A stretch of 26,929 bases of DNA from Terriglobia bacterium (lineage in GTDB: Bacteria > Acidobacteriota > Terriglobia > Terriglobales > Acidobacteriaceae), in assembly GCA_041486545.1 (NCBI GenBank), contig JBGPLR010000001.1, forward strand, positions 1-26,929, written 5' to 3'. Both the position numbers and the translations under genes were made by a program. This document shows positions 9,035 to 17,011 of the stretch, piece by piece. How positions within the stretch are numbered: the first letter of the stretch is position 1; every line of letters begins with the position of its first letter. Below the pieces are notes generated by a model. The model was not told the origin of the DNA. It saw nothing but the letters and a program-made list of their open reading frames with translations, and made no database searches.

Positions 9035-11257
9035 TCATGGCTCCGGCTGAAAGACCGCCAGCACCGGGCCGTCTACAACAGCCAGCGTCGCTTGCGGAGA
9101 AATCGCGTAATAAGATTTTTCACTTCTCACCGGGACGGACATGACTTTCTTCGCGGTCGCCAAATCGTAGACTTCAATCAGCATGGGCCTCACTAGGTTT
9201 GGACTCCCTGCTTGAGGCCGGAGCGGACCCATATCGTAGCGGCCGAACCCCACCGCCAGGTATTTGCCAGCCCCGGTCGCTGAAGCGGCAGCACCTTGAG
9301 AAACGTTTTCCGCCACGGAAAGCAGCTTGTATCCACTCGCCGCCCGTACCAAAACGTTTCCGCAACCATAAAAGACGATGCGCTCTTGCTGCAGTGGATC
9401 CATCTGAACCTGGCAGCCTCCTGCTGGGTCCCACTCCGGGTTCAGAGTTGACCACCGGCCGTCAAAGCCCAGGCGGACGAAATGCTGCCTGCCCGGTGGC
9501 TCCTGTGGGTTCGCGGCCAGGAGATAGCCGTCCCCGGCGGACCACCAGTTGAGGTATTGCGGAACGGTGAATGATCTGCTTGGTTGCAGAGTGTCAGCAT
9601 TCAATATCTCAACCTCCGCTACGCCTTGCCTGTCTACGGCGATAGGCGGCGGCAGTGCGGGAGAAAAGATTTGCTGATGGACCAAGGCCAGTTCTTCCCC
9701 GTTGGGCGATACGGCAATTTGCCAGCCTTCCGCCAGGGCCTTGCCTCTCAACGGCAGCTCCCGCGAAGCCAGCTTCTCGAAATCAGCAGAGTAGAGATAA
9801 AGGAAGTCACCCGCGCGGACCACGAATTTGCCGTCACGCGTGGCAACGATTTTAGACAACCTGTCAGTGGTGGGTATTTTTAGAGACTTGATCTCATGGC
9901 CGTCCTGCGTGTCCAGCACCTTGGCTTCCAGAAAAAAGCTGGTTCCGGAGACTTCACCCTCGCGAGGCACAAGTCCCTCTGCGGGCCCCACCTGGCTGAC
10001 CTGATACACCAGCAATCGCTCCGGGGAAAGAAACAGCACGTCATGCTGTTTCATCCAGGCGGAATTGGCAGAGCTGGTGAAGGTGGAAAAGCCGTATGCG
10101 TCGTCCAGATCGAGCCGCCAGCGCAAGTGGGCCTTGCTGCCGGGAGCCGAAGTGGCCTGCGCTCCAGGGTCAGCGGGAGCCTCTGCTGCCGGCTTGCCCT
10201 CATAGACCTTTAATTCATCTCCCTCGATGACCGCCAGCGCTCCATCGGGAGAAACCGAGTAGTAGAAATTGCCGCGTTGCAGAAAGACGTGCAACCGTTC
10301 GGCCCGGCTGGTCACGTCGTGGACCGCGATGTACGGCCGTCCGGTCTCTTCCGGCACCAGCACTTCCGCAAAATAGCTTCGCGCGCCGGCCACCGACGCA
10401 ATGTACTCACCCGGGCGCGAGGGATTAAACAATACCGCCGCCCCGGAATTGGACACCAGCAGCAGATCGTCACAATCATAGGCGGCGATCAGGCCTCGCT
10501 CCAGCGCCAGCAGGCTGTACCTGCAGTCGGGATCATCGCTTTCCGCTCCCGTGCGCAGGCGGCGCCAGTGCCCGTCAAAGTCCAGGACTCCCATCTCGCC
10601 CTCGCCCGCCGTTGCCGCTGGATCAGCCGCGATCAGAAAGTTGTCTGACGCTGACCAGCGGTCCAGCCGCGCGACCGTAAAGTTTTTGGTGGCGTTGAGA
10701 GAATTGCCATCGAGCAGTTCGATCTCCGCTTCTCCGCTCGGCTTCTGTCGCGCCAGCACGACGATCGCGCCGGATGGCGTCACGTCCACCTGCCACTCGT
10801 CGAACTGGGCGGTCTTTGAATGCGGCAGGGAAGGCGGCAGCTCTCTTGCGGCTAGCCGCTCGAACTTGTTGGAATAGAGATAAAGAGAGTCTCCCGCGCG
10901 CACCAGAAATTTGTCGTCCTGGACGGCCATGACCGCCGCGGGACGGTCGGCGGCGGGCAATTGCAGAAAGCTCACTTCACGCCCGCTGCGCGCGTCCATC
11001 ATGCCGATGTTCAGCAGAAATTTATTGGCGTCGCCAGAACTTTGCCGCAACTGATAGACGGCGAGAAGATCTTTGCTGAGAAAAGCAACTCCCTGCTGCG
11101 ACTTCCACGGCGTTTTTCCCTTGGCGGCGCGCCCAAAGCTCTCATACGTGGAGCCCTTCTTCAGGTCCGTGACAAAGCGCACCTTCGCCGGTTGCGCGAA
11201 GCCGCACAGCGGCGCCAGACAGAGCACGAATACCGCGAGATGCTTGATCTTCACCAT
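9035..11257 (-). CDS. Secreted hypothetical protein with two tandem ~350-aa homologous, probably beta-propeller-like domains
   Basis: 740 aa from ATG 11257. Signal-peptide-like N-terminus MVKIKHLAVFVLCLAPLCGFA-Q. Internal duplication, e.g. KFLVRAGDSLYLYS vs KFVVRAGDFLYLYS and YYSVSPDGALAVIEG vs YYAISPQATLAVVDG, separated by an Ala/Pro linker. Confidence 0.8.
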   Translation of the reverse strand: MVKIKHLAVFVLCLAPLCGFAQPAKVRFVTDLKKGSTYESFGRAAKGKTPWKSQQGVAFLSKDLLAVYQLRQSSGDANKFLLNIGMMDARSGREVSFLQLPAADRPAAVMAVQDDKFLVRAGDSLYLYSNKFERLAARELPPSLPHSKTAQFDEWQVDVTPSGAIVVLARQKPSGEAEIELLDGNSLNATKNFTVARLDRWSASDNFLIAADPAATAGEGEMGVLDFDGHWRRLRTGAESDDPDCRYSLLALERGLIAAYDCDDLLLVSNSGAAVLFNPSRPGEYIASVAGARSYFAEVLVPEETGRPYIAVHDVTSRAERLHVFLQRGNFYYSVSPDGALAVIEGDELKVYEGKPAAEAPADPGAQATSAPGSKAHLRWRLDLDDAYGFSTFTSSANSAWMKQHDVLFLSPERLLVYQVSQVGPAEGLVPREGEVSGTSFFLEAKVLDTQDGHEIKSLKIPTTDRLSKIVATRDGKFVVRAGDFLYLYSADFEKLASRELPLRGKALAEGWQIAVSPNGEELALVHQQIFSPALPPPIAVDRQGVAEVEILNADTLQPSRSFTVPQYLNWWSAGDGYLLAANPQEPPGRQHFVRLGFDGRWSTLNPEWDPAGGCQVQMDPLQQERIVFYGCGNVLVRAASGYKLLSVAENVSQGAAASATGAGKYLAVGFGRYDMGPLRPQAGSPNLVRPMLIEVYDLATAKKVMSVPVRSEKSYYAISPQATLAVVDGPVLAVFQPEP

Positions 11258-11330
11258 GGAGAACACTCCGCCGGCTCTCAAGCCTTGTGAGCTGACAAAC
11301 AAGAACTAGCTCGCGGACTAAGGTCAATCT

Positions 11331-11360
11331 ATCGTACGTCTGGCATTTCGCTCGTTACAA
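11331..11360 (-). promoter_or_regulatory. Possible sigma70-type promoter for the 9035-11257 gene
   Basis: Minus strand reads TTGTAA-18 nt-TACGAT. Motif similarity only. Confidence 0.3.
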
Positions 11361-11442
11361 ATAGTGTGTTTTTGTAAAGCTTCGTTTATCCGGGGACAGT
11401 CGCGCCCTCGCCGAAACTGCCGCGTTGCGCAGATTTTGCGCG

Positions 11443-11474
11443 AAAACAAAAAAGCCCGGCCAGACAGCCGGGCT
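11443..11474 (-). terminator. Rho-independent terminator after atpE
   Basis: Perfect 8-bp stem agcccggc (11453-11460) / gccgggct (11467-11474) with a 6-nt loop, followed on the minus strand by TTTTTGTTTT. Confidence 0.85.
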
Positions 11475-11495
11475 CTTGAAAACTGTGAGAGTTGT

Positions 11496-11813
11496 TTACC
11501 TGGTCGGCGAAATACGGAAGGCGATCACCAGCGCGTACAGCGCCAGGGACTCAATCAGCGCCAAGCCGAGCAGCAGGAAGATGAAGATTCCGGGGCGGGC
11601 TCCAGGGTTGCGGGCCAGGGCTTCCACGGCGGAACCGGTCGCTCTGCCTTGTCCCAGGCCGCAAAGGCCGGCGGCGATTCCCATGCAAAGGCCGGCGCCG
11701 ATGGGGATGGACCAACTGCTGGTGATCGGGCTGGCGCCGCCCTGGGCGTATACCGGCGAGGCCACGCACAGCAGGACCATCACCAGCAAGACAAACATCA
11801 TTGTTTTGCGCAT
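11496..11813 (-). CDS. atpE: F0F1 ATP synthase subunit c
   Basis: GLGQG and ARNP loop, with the ion-binding Glu in LALIESLALY. AGGAGA SD upstream. Confidence 0.96.
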   Translation of the reverse strand: MRKTMMFVLLVMVLLCVASPVYAQGGASPITSSWSIPIGAGLCMGIAAGLCGLGQGRATGSAVEALARNPGARPGIFIFLLLGLALIESLALYALVIAFRISPTR

Positions 11814-11891
11814 TGTTTCTCCTATGAAATCGCTTCCAGTGGGTGGTTGGCTTCCGTCCTGGGGGACGGGGCCCTCACGCTTGAAGCTCGT

Positions 11892-12632
11892 TTAGTGCTC
11901 GTGCGAAACCGCACCTTGCAGGTAGATCGTGGTCAACAAAATAAAAATGTACGTCTGCAAAAATGAAACGCCCACGTGCAGCAGCAGGAAAATCACCGGA
12001 ATACCCACGGGGATGAGCGTGAAAAACGCCAGGGTGACCATATCGCCGGCAAAAATGTTGGCATAGAGACGGATGGTGAGCGACATCACACGCGCCAAGT
12101 GACTGATGAGCTCAATCGGAAGCAGCAGCGGCGCCATCCACCATACGGGACCCGCGAAGTGCTTGATGTAACCCCATACCCCCTGCTCGCGCAGGCCGTG
12201 CAGGTTGTAAAAAATGAAGGTCACGAAGGCGCAGCCCAGGGGCACCGTGGGATCGGCCGTGGGCGATTCAAACCCGGGAATGAGTCCAATCAGGTTGCAG
12301 AACAGAATCAGAAAGCCTAGCGAAGTCAGGTATGGAGCAAAACGTTTGCCGCCGTGTCCAATGATGCTCTCACACTGGTCGGCGATAAAGCCGTGGACCA
12401 TCTCGAACGTATGTTGCAATTTGCCCGGCTTGTCCACGGAGAGCCCTGAACGCACCAGCAGGAACAGCAGAAGAATGAAGCCCACCACCAGGACTTCCAT
12501 GGCCACGGCATTGGTAATGGGAGCCGCCGCATCAACAGGATGAAACGGCGCCGGCAGCTTCTCAAGAAGCGCGTTCACGGGGCCACCTACGGCCCGGTTG
12601 AGGATTTCAGTGAACCACAGTTGTTCCTGCAT
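11892..12632 (-). CDS. atpB: F0F1 ATP synthase subunit a
   Basis: NLIGLIP, PTAD, IELISHLARVMSLTIRLYANIFAG (essential Arg) and LQTYIFILLTTIYL motifs. Confidence 0.96.
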   Translation of the reverse strand: MQEQLWFTEILNRAVGGPVNALLEKLPAPFHPVDAAAPITNAVAMEVLVVGFILLLFLLVRSGLSVDKPGKLQHTFEMVHGFIADQCESIIGHGGKRFAPYLTSLGFLILFCNLIGLIPGFESPTADPTVPLGCAFVTFIFYNLHGLREQGVWGYIKHFAGPVWWMAPLLLPIELISHLARVMSLTIRLYANIFAGDMVTLAFFTLIPVGIPVIFLLLHVGVSFLQTYIFILLTTIYLQGAVSHEH

Positions 12633-12653
12633 TCGTCGGCTTAGTCCTGGAGA

Positions 12654-13139
12654 TTAGAATCCTGTCCGTAGCGCCTTGTAGGTTTCATACGCAGCTTCCA
12701 TCAGAATTGCCCCTACCGGCAGCGACAACCCTGCAAAGAGACCGTACAAATTGTTGGCAGAACTATTCAATATAACATAGCCAACCAGGGCGATCAAAAA
12801 GTAGCGGAGCAGGAAACGGAACACCACGCCGGAGCGTGAAGGCCCTCTTCCCGTGGCTCCAACCCGGTCGGCCAGGGCCTCAATGGTTCTCCGTAGCCAG
12901 TGAAAATTCACGATCGCAATGACGGTCCCGGCCAGGAAACTCAAGGCCAAACCTGCCCCGTATTTGATCGCGATGACGGGCAATCCGGCTGCGGCCAGAA
13001 CCACCATAAAGATCACCATCCGGCGATAGATGACCAGATGGAAGGTGTCCGCCGTCTCTGGCGGCTGCGCCGGGGCCGGCACATTGTCTCCGACGCCTTT
13101 GTCCGCAGGGGCTTCATCGGATGGTCCAGGGCCACTCAA
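12654..13139 (-). CDS. atpI: ATP synthase protein I family (4-TM) membrane protein
   Basis: Four hydrophobic segments and the canonical position upstream of atpB. TTG start overlaps the upstream stop (TTGA). Confidence 0.75.
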   Translation of the reverse strand: MSGPGPSDEAPADKGVGDNVPAPAQPPETADTFHLVIYRRMVIFMVVLAAAGLPVIAIKYGAGLALSFLAGTVIAIVNFHWLRRTIEALADRVGATGRGPSRSGVVFRFLLRYFLIALVGYVILNSSANNLYGLFAGLSLPVGAILMEAAYETYKALRTGF

Positions 13140-13396
13140 TCCTTGAACTCCTCAGACATCGCCGTGCGGATGAAATACACAAATCCGGCTATGATCCCAA
13201 AGATGAGGCCGCCCAGGGGCAGCCAGTCCCAGTGCAGCCAGCGCTGCAGCAGTACACCCAGGAGCCAACCAATCACCGTGGCCGCCGGCAGCGTCATCCC
13301 CAGTTGAATGTACCGCTCCGCGCCCACCCATATGGACTTGGCATCTTTGGTTGGCTTGCCGGGTTGCTCGGAGTTGGAGCCGGGTTGTTCAGGCAT
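13136..13396 (-). CDS. AtpZ/AtpI-family small 2-TM protein
   Basis: GMTLPAATVIGWLLGVLLQRWL...GGLIFGIIAGF pattern, first gene of the F0 unit. Start set to ATG 13396, 10 nt after GGAG. Confidence 0.75.
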   Translation of the reverse strand: MPEQPGSNSEQPGKPTKDAKSIWVGAERYIQLGMTLPAATVIGWLLGVLLQRWLHWDWLPLGGLIFGIIAGFVYFIRTAMSEEFKD

Positions 13397-13480
13397 CAGT
13401 TCCATTCTCCGGCGGGGCCGCGGCTTATGCAAGTGACGGCGCACGCGGCGTTGCCGGCGGGGTTCAGGCAGCGGGTTCGC

Positions 13481-13486
13481 TATAAT
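13481..13486 (+). promoter_or_regulatory. Consensus -10 box upstream of ygfZ in the divergent atp/ygfZ spacer
   Basis: TATAAT 28 nt before the ATG at 13515. No clear -35 at canonical spacing. Confidence 0.45.
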
Positions 13487-13514
13487 CAACTATTCGGCTT
13501 TCATTATTGCATCC

Positions 13515-14564
13515 ATGACAGAGACAACCATCCAGCAGCGGCTCTCATTGCCCGGCGCCCAGTGGGGCGAATACCTGGGCGTGGAAACCCCGCTCAGCTT
13601 TGGCGATTCCGGCGCAGAACTGCGGGCGCTAAGGTCTGCCTGTGGAGTTTTCGACCTGGGTTGGCGCGCGCGCATCACTGCCAGCGGCAAAGATCGCACG
13701 CGCTGGCTGCATAACATGGTGACCAACAACGTCCGCGACCTGGCGCAGGACCGCGGCAACTACAATTTTGTGCTCAACGCCCAAGGACGCATCCTGGGTG
13801 ACTTGTGCATTTTCAATCGCGGTGAAACATTCATACTGCAGACCGATCGCAAGCAAGTGGAACCCCTTCTCACCGCCATCAAGCGATTCATCATCATGGA
13901 CAAAGTGGAACTGGCGGAATCAGGAGGTCTCGCCGCCATCGGCGTATGCGGGCCGCAAGCCGGCACAATTCTCGCCGCGGCGGGCTTTGACGTAAATGGA
14001 ATGGAGCCGCTGGAAGTTCGCACCGGCAACAAAGCTTTTCCCGGGGCGGAGATCATTCGCGGTGGGCAAAGCAAGCCGGGCTGGTATGAAATATGGTGTG
14101 AGCCGGCGAGCGCGCAATCGCTATGGGATTCGCTGGTGAAAGCCGGCGCCAATCCCGTCGGAGCTAACGCTTTGGAACGATGGCGAATTCTGCAAGGCGT
14201 TCCGCAATATGGCCAGGACATCCGTGACCGCGACTTGCCGCAGGAAACGGGACAGACGCAGGCCCTCAACTTCAACAAAGGCTGCTACATTGGCCAGGAG
14301 ATTGTGGAACGTATTCGCTCGCGCGGCCAGGTGCATCGCCAGTTCACCGGGTTTGAGTTTGAAGGCGATCCCGCTCCGCCCGGCAAGTATGAGTCCGATG
14401 GCCGCTTGCTGGCGGAGATCACCAGTACCGCAGTCATCCCCGTAGATGCGGGAGAAAAAAGAATCGGGCTGGGCTACGTTCGCCGGGAAACCGCGGAAGC
14501 CGGTCCGCACGTGGACTTGAACGGCCACCGGGCAAGAATCGTTGCTCTACCGTTTGCAATCTAA
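13515..14564 (+). CDS. ygfZ: Folate-binding YgfZ/GcvT-family protein
   Basis: Signature NFNKGCYIGQEIVERI plus GcvT-fold motifs (GKDRTRWLHNMVTNNV, LNAQGRILGD). Confidence 0.9.
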   Translation: MTETTIQQRLSLPGAQWGEYLGVETPLSFGDSGAELRALRSACGVFDLGWRARITASGKDRTRWLHNMVTNNVRDLAQDRGNYNFVLNAQGRILGDLCIFNRGETFILQTDRKQVEPLLTAIKRFIIMDKVELAESGGLAAIGVCGPQAGTILAAAGFDVNGMEPLEVRTGNKAFPGAEIIRGGQSKPGWYEIWCEPASAQSLWDSLVKAGANPVGANALERWRILQGVPQYGQDIRDRDLPQETGQTQALNFNKGCYIGQEIVERIRSRGQVHRQFTGFEFEGDPAPPGKYESDGRLLAEITSTAVIPVDAGEKRIGLGYVRRETAEAGPHVDLNGHRARIVALPFAI

Positions 14565-14579
14565 TTGAATCGAGGGAGT

Positions 14580-15194
14580 ATGAGCGAAAAGAAACAGGAC
14601 TTCGTGGTAAGTGACCGGCGCCGCTTTGGAGACGAAGGCGAAGTACGCCCCGATTCTCCGGCGGCGCGGGAAGAAGCAGAGGCTGAAGCTGCAGCCAAAG
14701 CCGCGGCGGCATCCGTCGCAACCGCAACGCCACCGGCGAGCGCGGCGCCCGACAGTGCGGCGGGTGAAGCGGGCGACGAACAGGCCATGCCGGAAGCGCC
14801 CAGTGTTGAAGAACAGCTCCAGCAAAATGAGGCCTACAAGGCGTCCGGCAGGAAACTGGATGACATCTTCGCGGCCAAGCTGGGTACGGAAGGCGGTTAT
14901 CCGGAGATGACTTTCGAAAAAGTGGTGGAATCGCTCTACATGAGCGCGCTCATCCAGATGGGCGCCGTGCGCTCAGAAGGCGAGCCGCCCAGCGTGGACA
15001 TTATCGGCGCGCGCCAGACCATAGATTCGCTCACCATTTTGCACGACAAAACCATAAACAATCTCACTGACCGCGAACTGACTCTGCTGCAGAACGTTCT
15101 ATTCGAACTGAGAATGGCATGGATTGAACTCACCAACGCCATCGCCAAACGGGCCGCCAACCCGCCGGCAGAACCGGCGCCTCCGCAGAAATGA
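14580..15194 (+). CDS. DUF1844-family protein with an Ala/Glu/Pro-rich N-terminal linker
   Basis: C-terminal ARQTIDSLTILHDKTINNLTDRELTLLQNVLFELRMAW resembles DUF1844. ATG 14580 follows GAGGGAG. Confidence 0.75.
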   Translation: MSEKKQDFVVSDRRRFGDEGEVRPDSPAAREEAEAEAAAKAAAASVATATPPASAAPDSAAGEAGDEQAMPEAPSVEEQLQQNEAYKASGRKLDDIFAAKLGTEGGYPEMTFEKVVESLYMSALIQMGAVRSEGEPPSVDIIGARQTIDSLTILHDKTINNLTDRELTLLQNVLFELRMAWIELTNAIAKRAANPPAEPAPPQK

Positions 15195-15964
15195 AGGCGA
15201 CTCTTACGGTGTTGGGCAGCGGCACGTCCATGGGCGTGCCCACCATCGGCTGCACCTGCCGGGTGTGCGGTTCTATGGATCCGCATGACCAGCGCACGCG
15301 GCCTTCCGTGATGCTGGAATATGACGGACGCTGCGTGCTGATTGATACCACGCCGGACTTCCGGCAGCAGGCGATCCGCGAAAAGATTACCCGGCTGGAC
15401 GCTGTTCTCTACACCCATTCCCATGCCGACCACATTTTGGGCCTGGACGACGTGCGTCCTCTCAGCTTGCGTCGCGAGGAGAAAATCCCGCTCTATGCGG
15501 ACAGCGACACCGCGGATTCCATCGAAAGTGTTTTTCGCTACATCTTTGACGCGAACTACAAATACGGCGGCCTGGCGCGGGTGACCATGAACCGCATCAA
15601 CGGCTCGGTAGAGCTGTTCGGCGCGCGCTTTGAGCCGGTGAAGATCCTGCACGGCGACGCCACCATCCACGGGTTCCGCTTTGGCGGCGCCGCTTACCTC
15701 ACCGACTTCAGCGAGATTCCTCCGGAATCCATGCAGCAGCTCCGCAATCTGGACATTCTGTTCCTTGATGCGCTGCGCCACAAGCCGCACCCTACGCACT
15801 CCACCGTGGACAATTCACTGCGTCTGGTGGACGAATTGAAGCCCCGCCGCGCGTTCTTCACCCATATCGCGCACGATCTGCCGCACGAAGCCACCAACAA
15901 ACTGCTCCCTGGGCACGTGCGCCTGGCGTATGACGGCCTCAAGTTGGAGTTTGACATCGCATGA
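15191..15964 (+). CDS. Metallo-beta-lactamase-fold hydrolase, PhnP-like
   Basis: LGSGTSMGVPTIGCTCRVC, IDTTPDFRQQ, THSHADHILG (HxHxDH) and FFTHIAH motifs. ATGA overlap. Confidence 0.9.
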   Translation: MKATLTVLGSGTSMGVPTIGCTCRVCGSMDPHDQRTRPSVMLEYDGRCVLIDTTPDFRQQAIREKITRLDAVLYTHSHADHILGLDDVRPLSLRREEKIPLYADSDTADSIESVFRYIFDANYKYGGLARVTMNRINGSVELFGARFEPVKILHGDATIHGFRFGGAAYLTDFSEIPPESMQQLRNLDILFLDALRHKPHPTHSTVDNSLRLVDELKPRRAFFTHIAHDLPHEATNKLLPGHVRLAYDGLKLEFDIA

Positions 15965-16941
15965 GGATCTTGCGGTCTCTGCACGAAGTCCCCGGCGATC
16001 TGGGCCCAACTGTGGTAACCGTAGGGAATTTTGACGGCGTCCACTGCGGCCACCGGCAGGTGCTGAAAGAAGTGGTGCGGCGCGCGAAGGAGTCCGGCAT
16101 CAGCGCTGTGGCCGTGACCTTTGATCCTCATCCTTTGCGCATCCTGCGGCCGGATATCGCGCCGCGGCTGCTCACCCCGCAAAGTATCAAGGAGTCACTG
16201 CTCGCACAAAGCGGGCTGGACGCGCTACTGGTCATCCCGTTCACTCGCGACTTTTCCATGGTTACGCCGCGCGAGTTTGCCGGCGATATCCTGGCCGGCA
16301 AGCTGCACGCCAGGGAAGTTCACGAAGGCGAGACCTTTCACTTTGGCCACAAAGCGCAGGGCAATACCGAGCGGCTTAAAGAATTTGGGCGGGAGCTTGG
16401 ATTTGCCGTCGTCAACTATCCGTTGCTGTTGCTGCGAGGCAGTCCCGTTTCCAGCAGCCATATCCGCGGGCTGATTGCCGCGGGAAAAGTCAGTCGCGCG
16501 CGGCGCTTGCTGGGCCGCGTGTTCAGCATCATCTCAACTCCTGGGCGCGGACGAGGCTACGGCCACAAATACACGGTTCCAACCATCAACCTCAGCCGCT
16601 ATGACGAGATCGTTCCCCAGAACGGTGTTTATCTCACGCAAACGCGAATCGGCGGGGAGACCTTCAACTCCGTTACTAACGTGGGCAACCGGCCGACGTT
16701 CGGCGCCGATTCCTTCGCCATCGAAACCCATCTGCTCAACTTCCATCCCGTGGATATCACGGCGCAAACTGAAGTCGAAGTATCTTTTCTGCGCTGGTTG
16801 CGGCCGGAGATCAAGTTCCCTTCCGTGGAAGCGTTAAAAGAACAGATTGGGAAAGACGTGAAGCGGGCGGAGCGATACCTTGCGCTACTACTGAAACCAG
16901 GAACCACAAAGGACACGAAGGAACACAAAGGTACTCCGTAG
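15961..16941 (+). CDS. ribF: Bifunctional riboflavin kinase / FAD synthetase
   Basis: VGNFDGVHCGH, TFDPHP, PVSSSHIR, PTINL, NVGNRPTF, IETHLL and LRPEIKF motifs. The last residues (TTKDTKEHKG) are repeat-derived. Confidence 0.94.
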   Translation: MRILRSLHEVPGDLGPTVVTVGNFDGVHCGHRQVLKEVVRRAKESGISAVAVTFDPHPLRILRPDIAPRLLTPQSIKESLLAQSGLDALLVIPFTRDFSMVTPREFAGDILAGKLHAREVHEGETFHFGHKAQGNTERLKEFGRELGFAVVNYPLLLLRGSPVSSSHIRGLIAAGKVSRARRLLGRVFSIISTPGRGRGYGHKYTVPTINLSRYDEIVPQNGVYLTQTRIGGETFNSVTNVGNRPTFGADSFAIETHLLNFHPVDITAQTEVEVSFLRWLRPEIKFPSVEALKEQIGKDVKRAERYLALLLKPGTTKDTKEHKGTP

Positions 16942-16984
16942 CAGTTCGAACACGCCTTTGTGAACCTTTGTGTCCTTTGTGGTT
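16902..16984. repeat. Palindrome with 30-nt arms built of 9-10-nt tandem units, spanning the ribF stop
   Basis: Left aaccacaaaggacacgaaggaacacaaagg (16902-16931). Right cctttgtgaacctttgtgtcctttgtggtt (16955-16984). 27/30 exact complementarity plus one G-U pair, with a 23-nt loop. Confidence 0.92.
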
Positions 16985-17011
16985 AAGTCTCCTGATAGAA
17001 TTCCCCCGCCC

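Noticed and set aside
11364-11966. 200-aa + strand ORF and 156-aa companion over atpE
   Set aside because: Antisense to a confidently identified atpE and its terminator.
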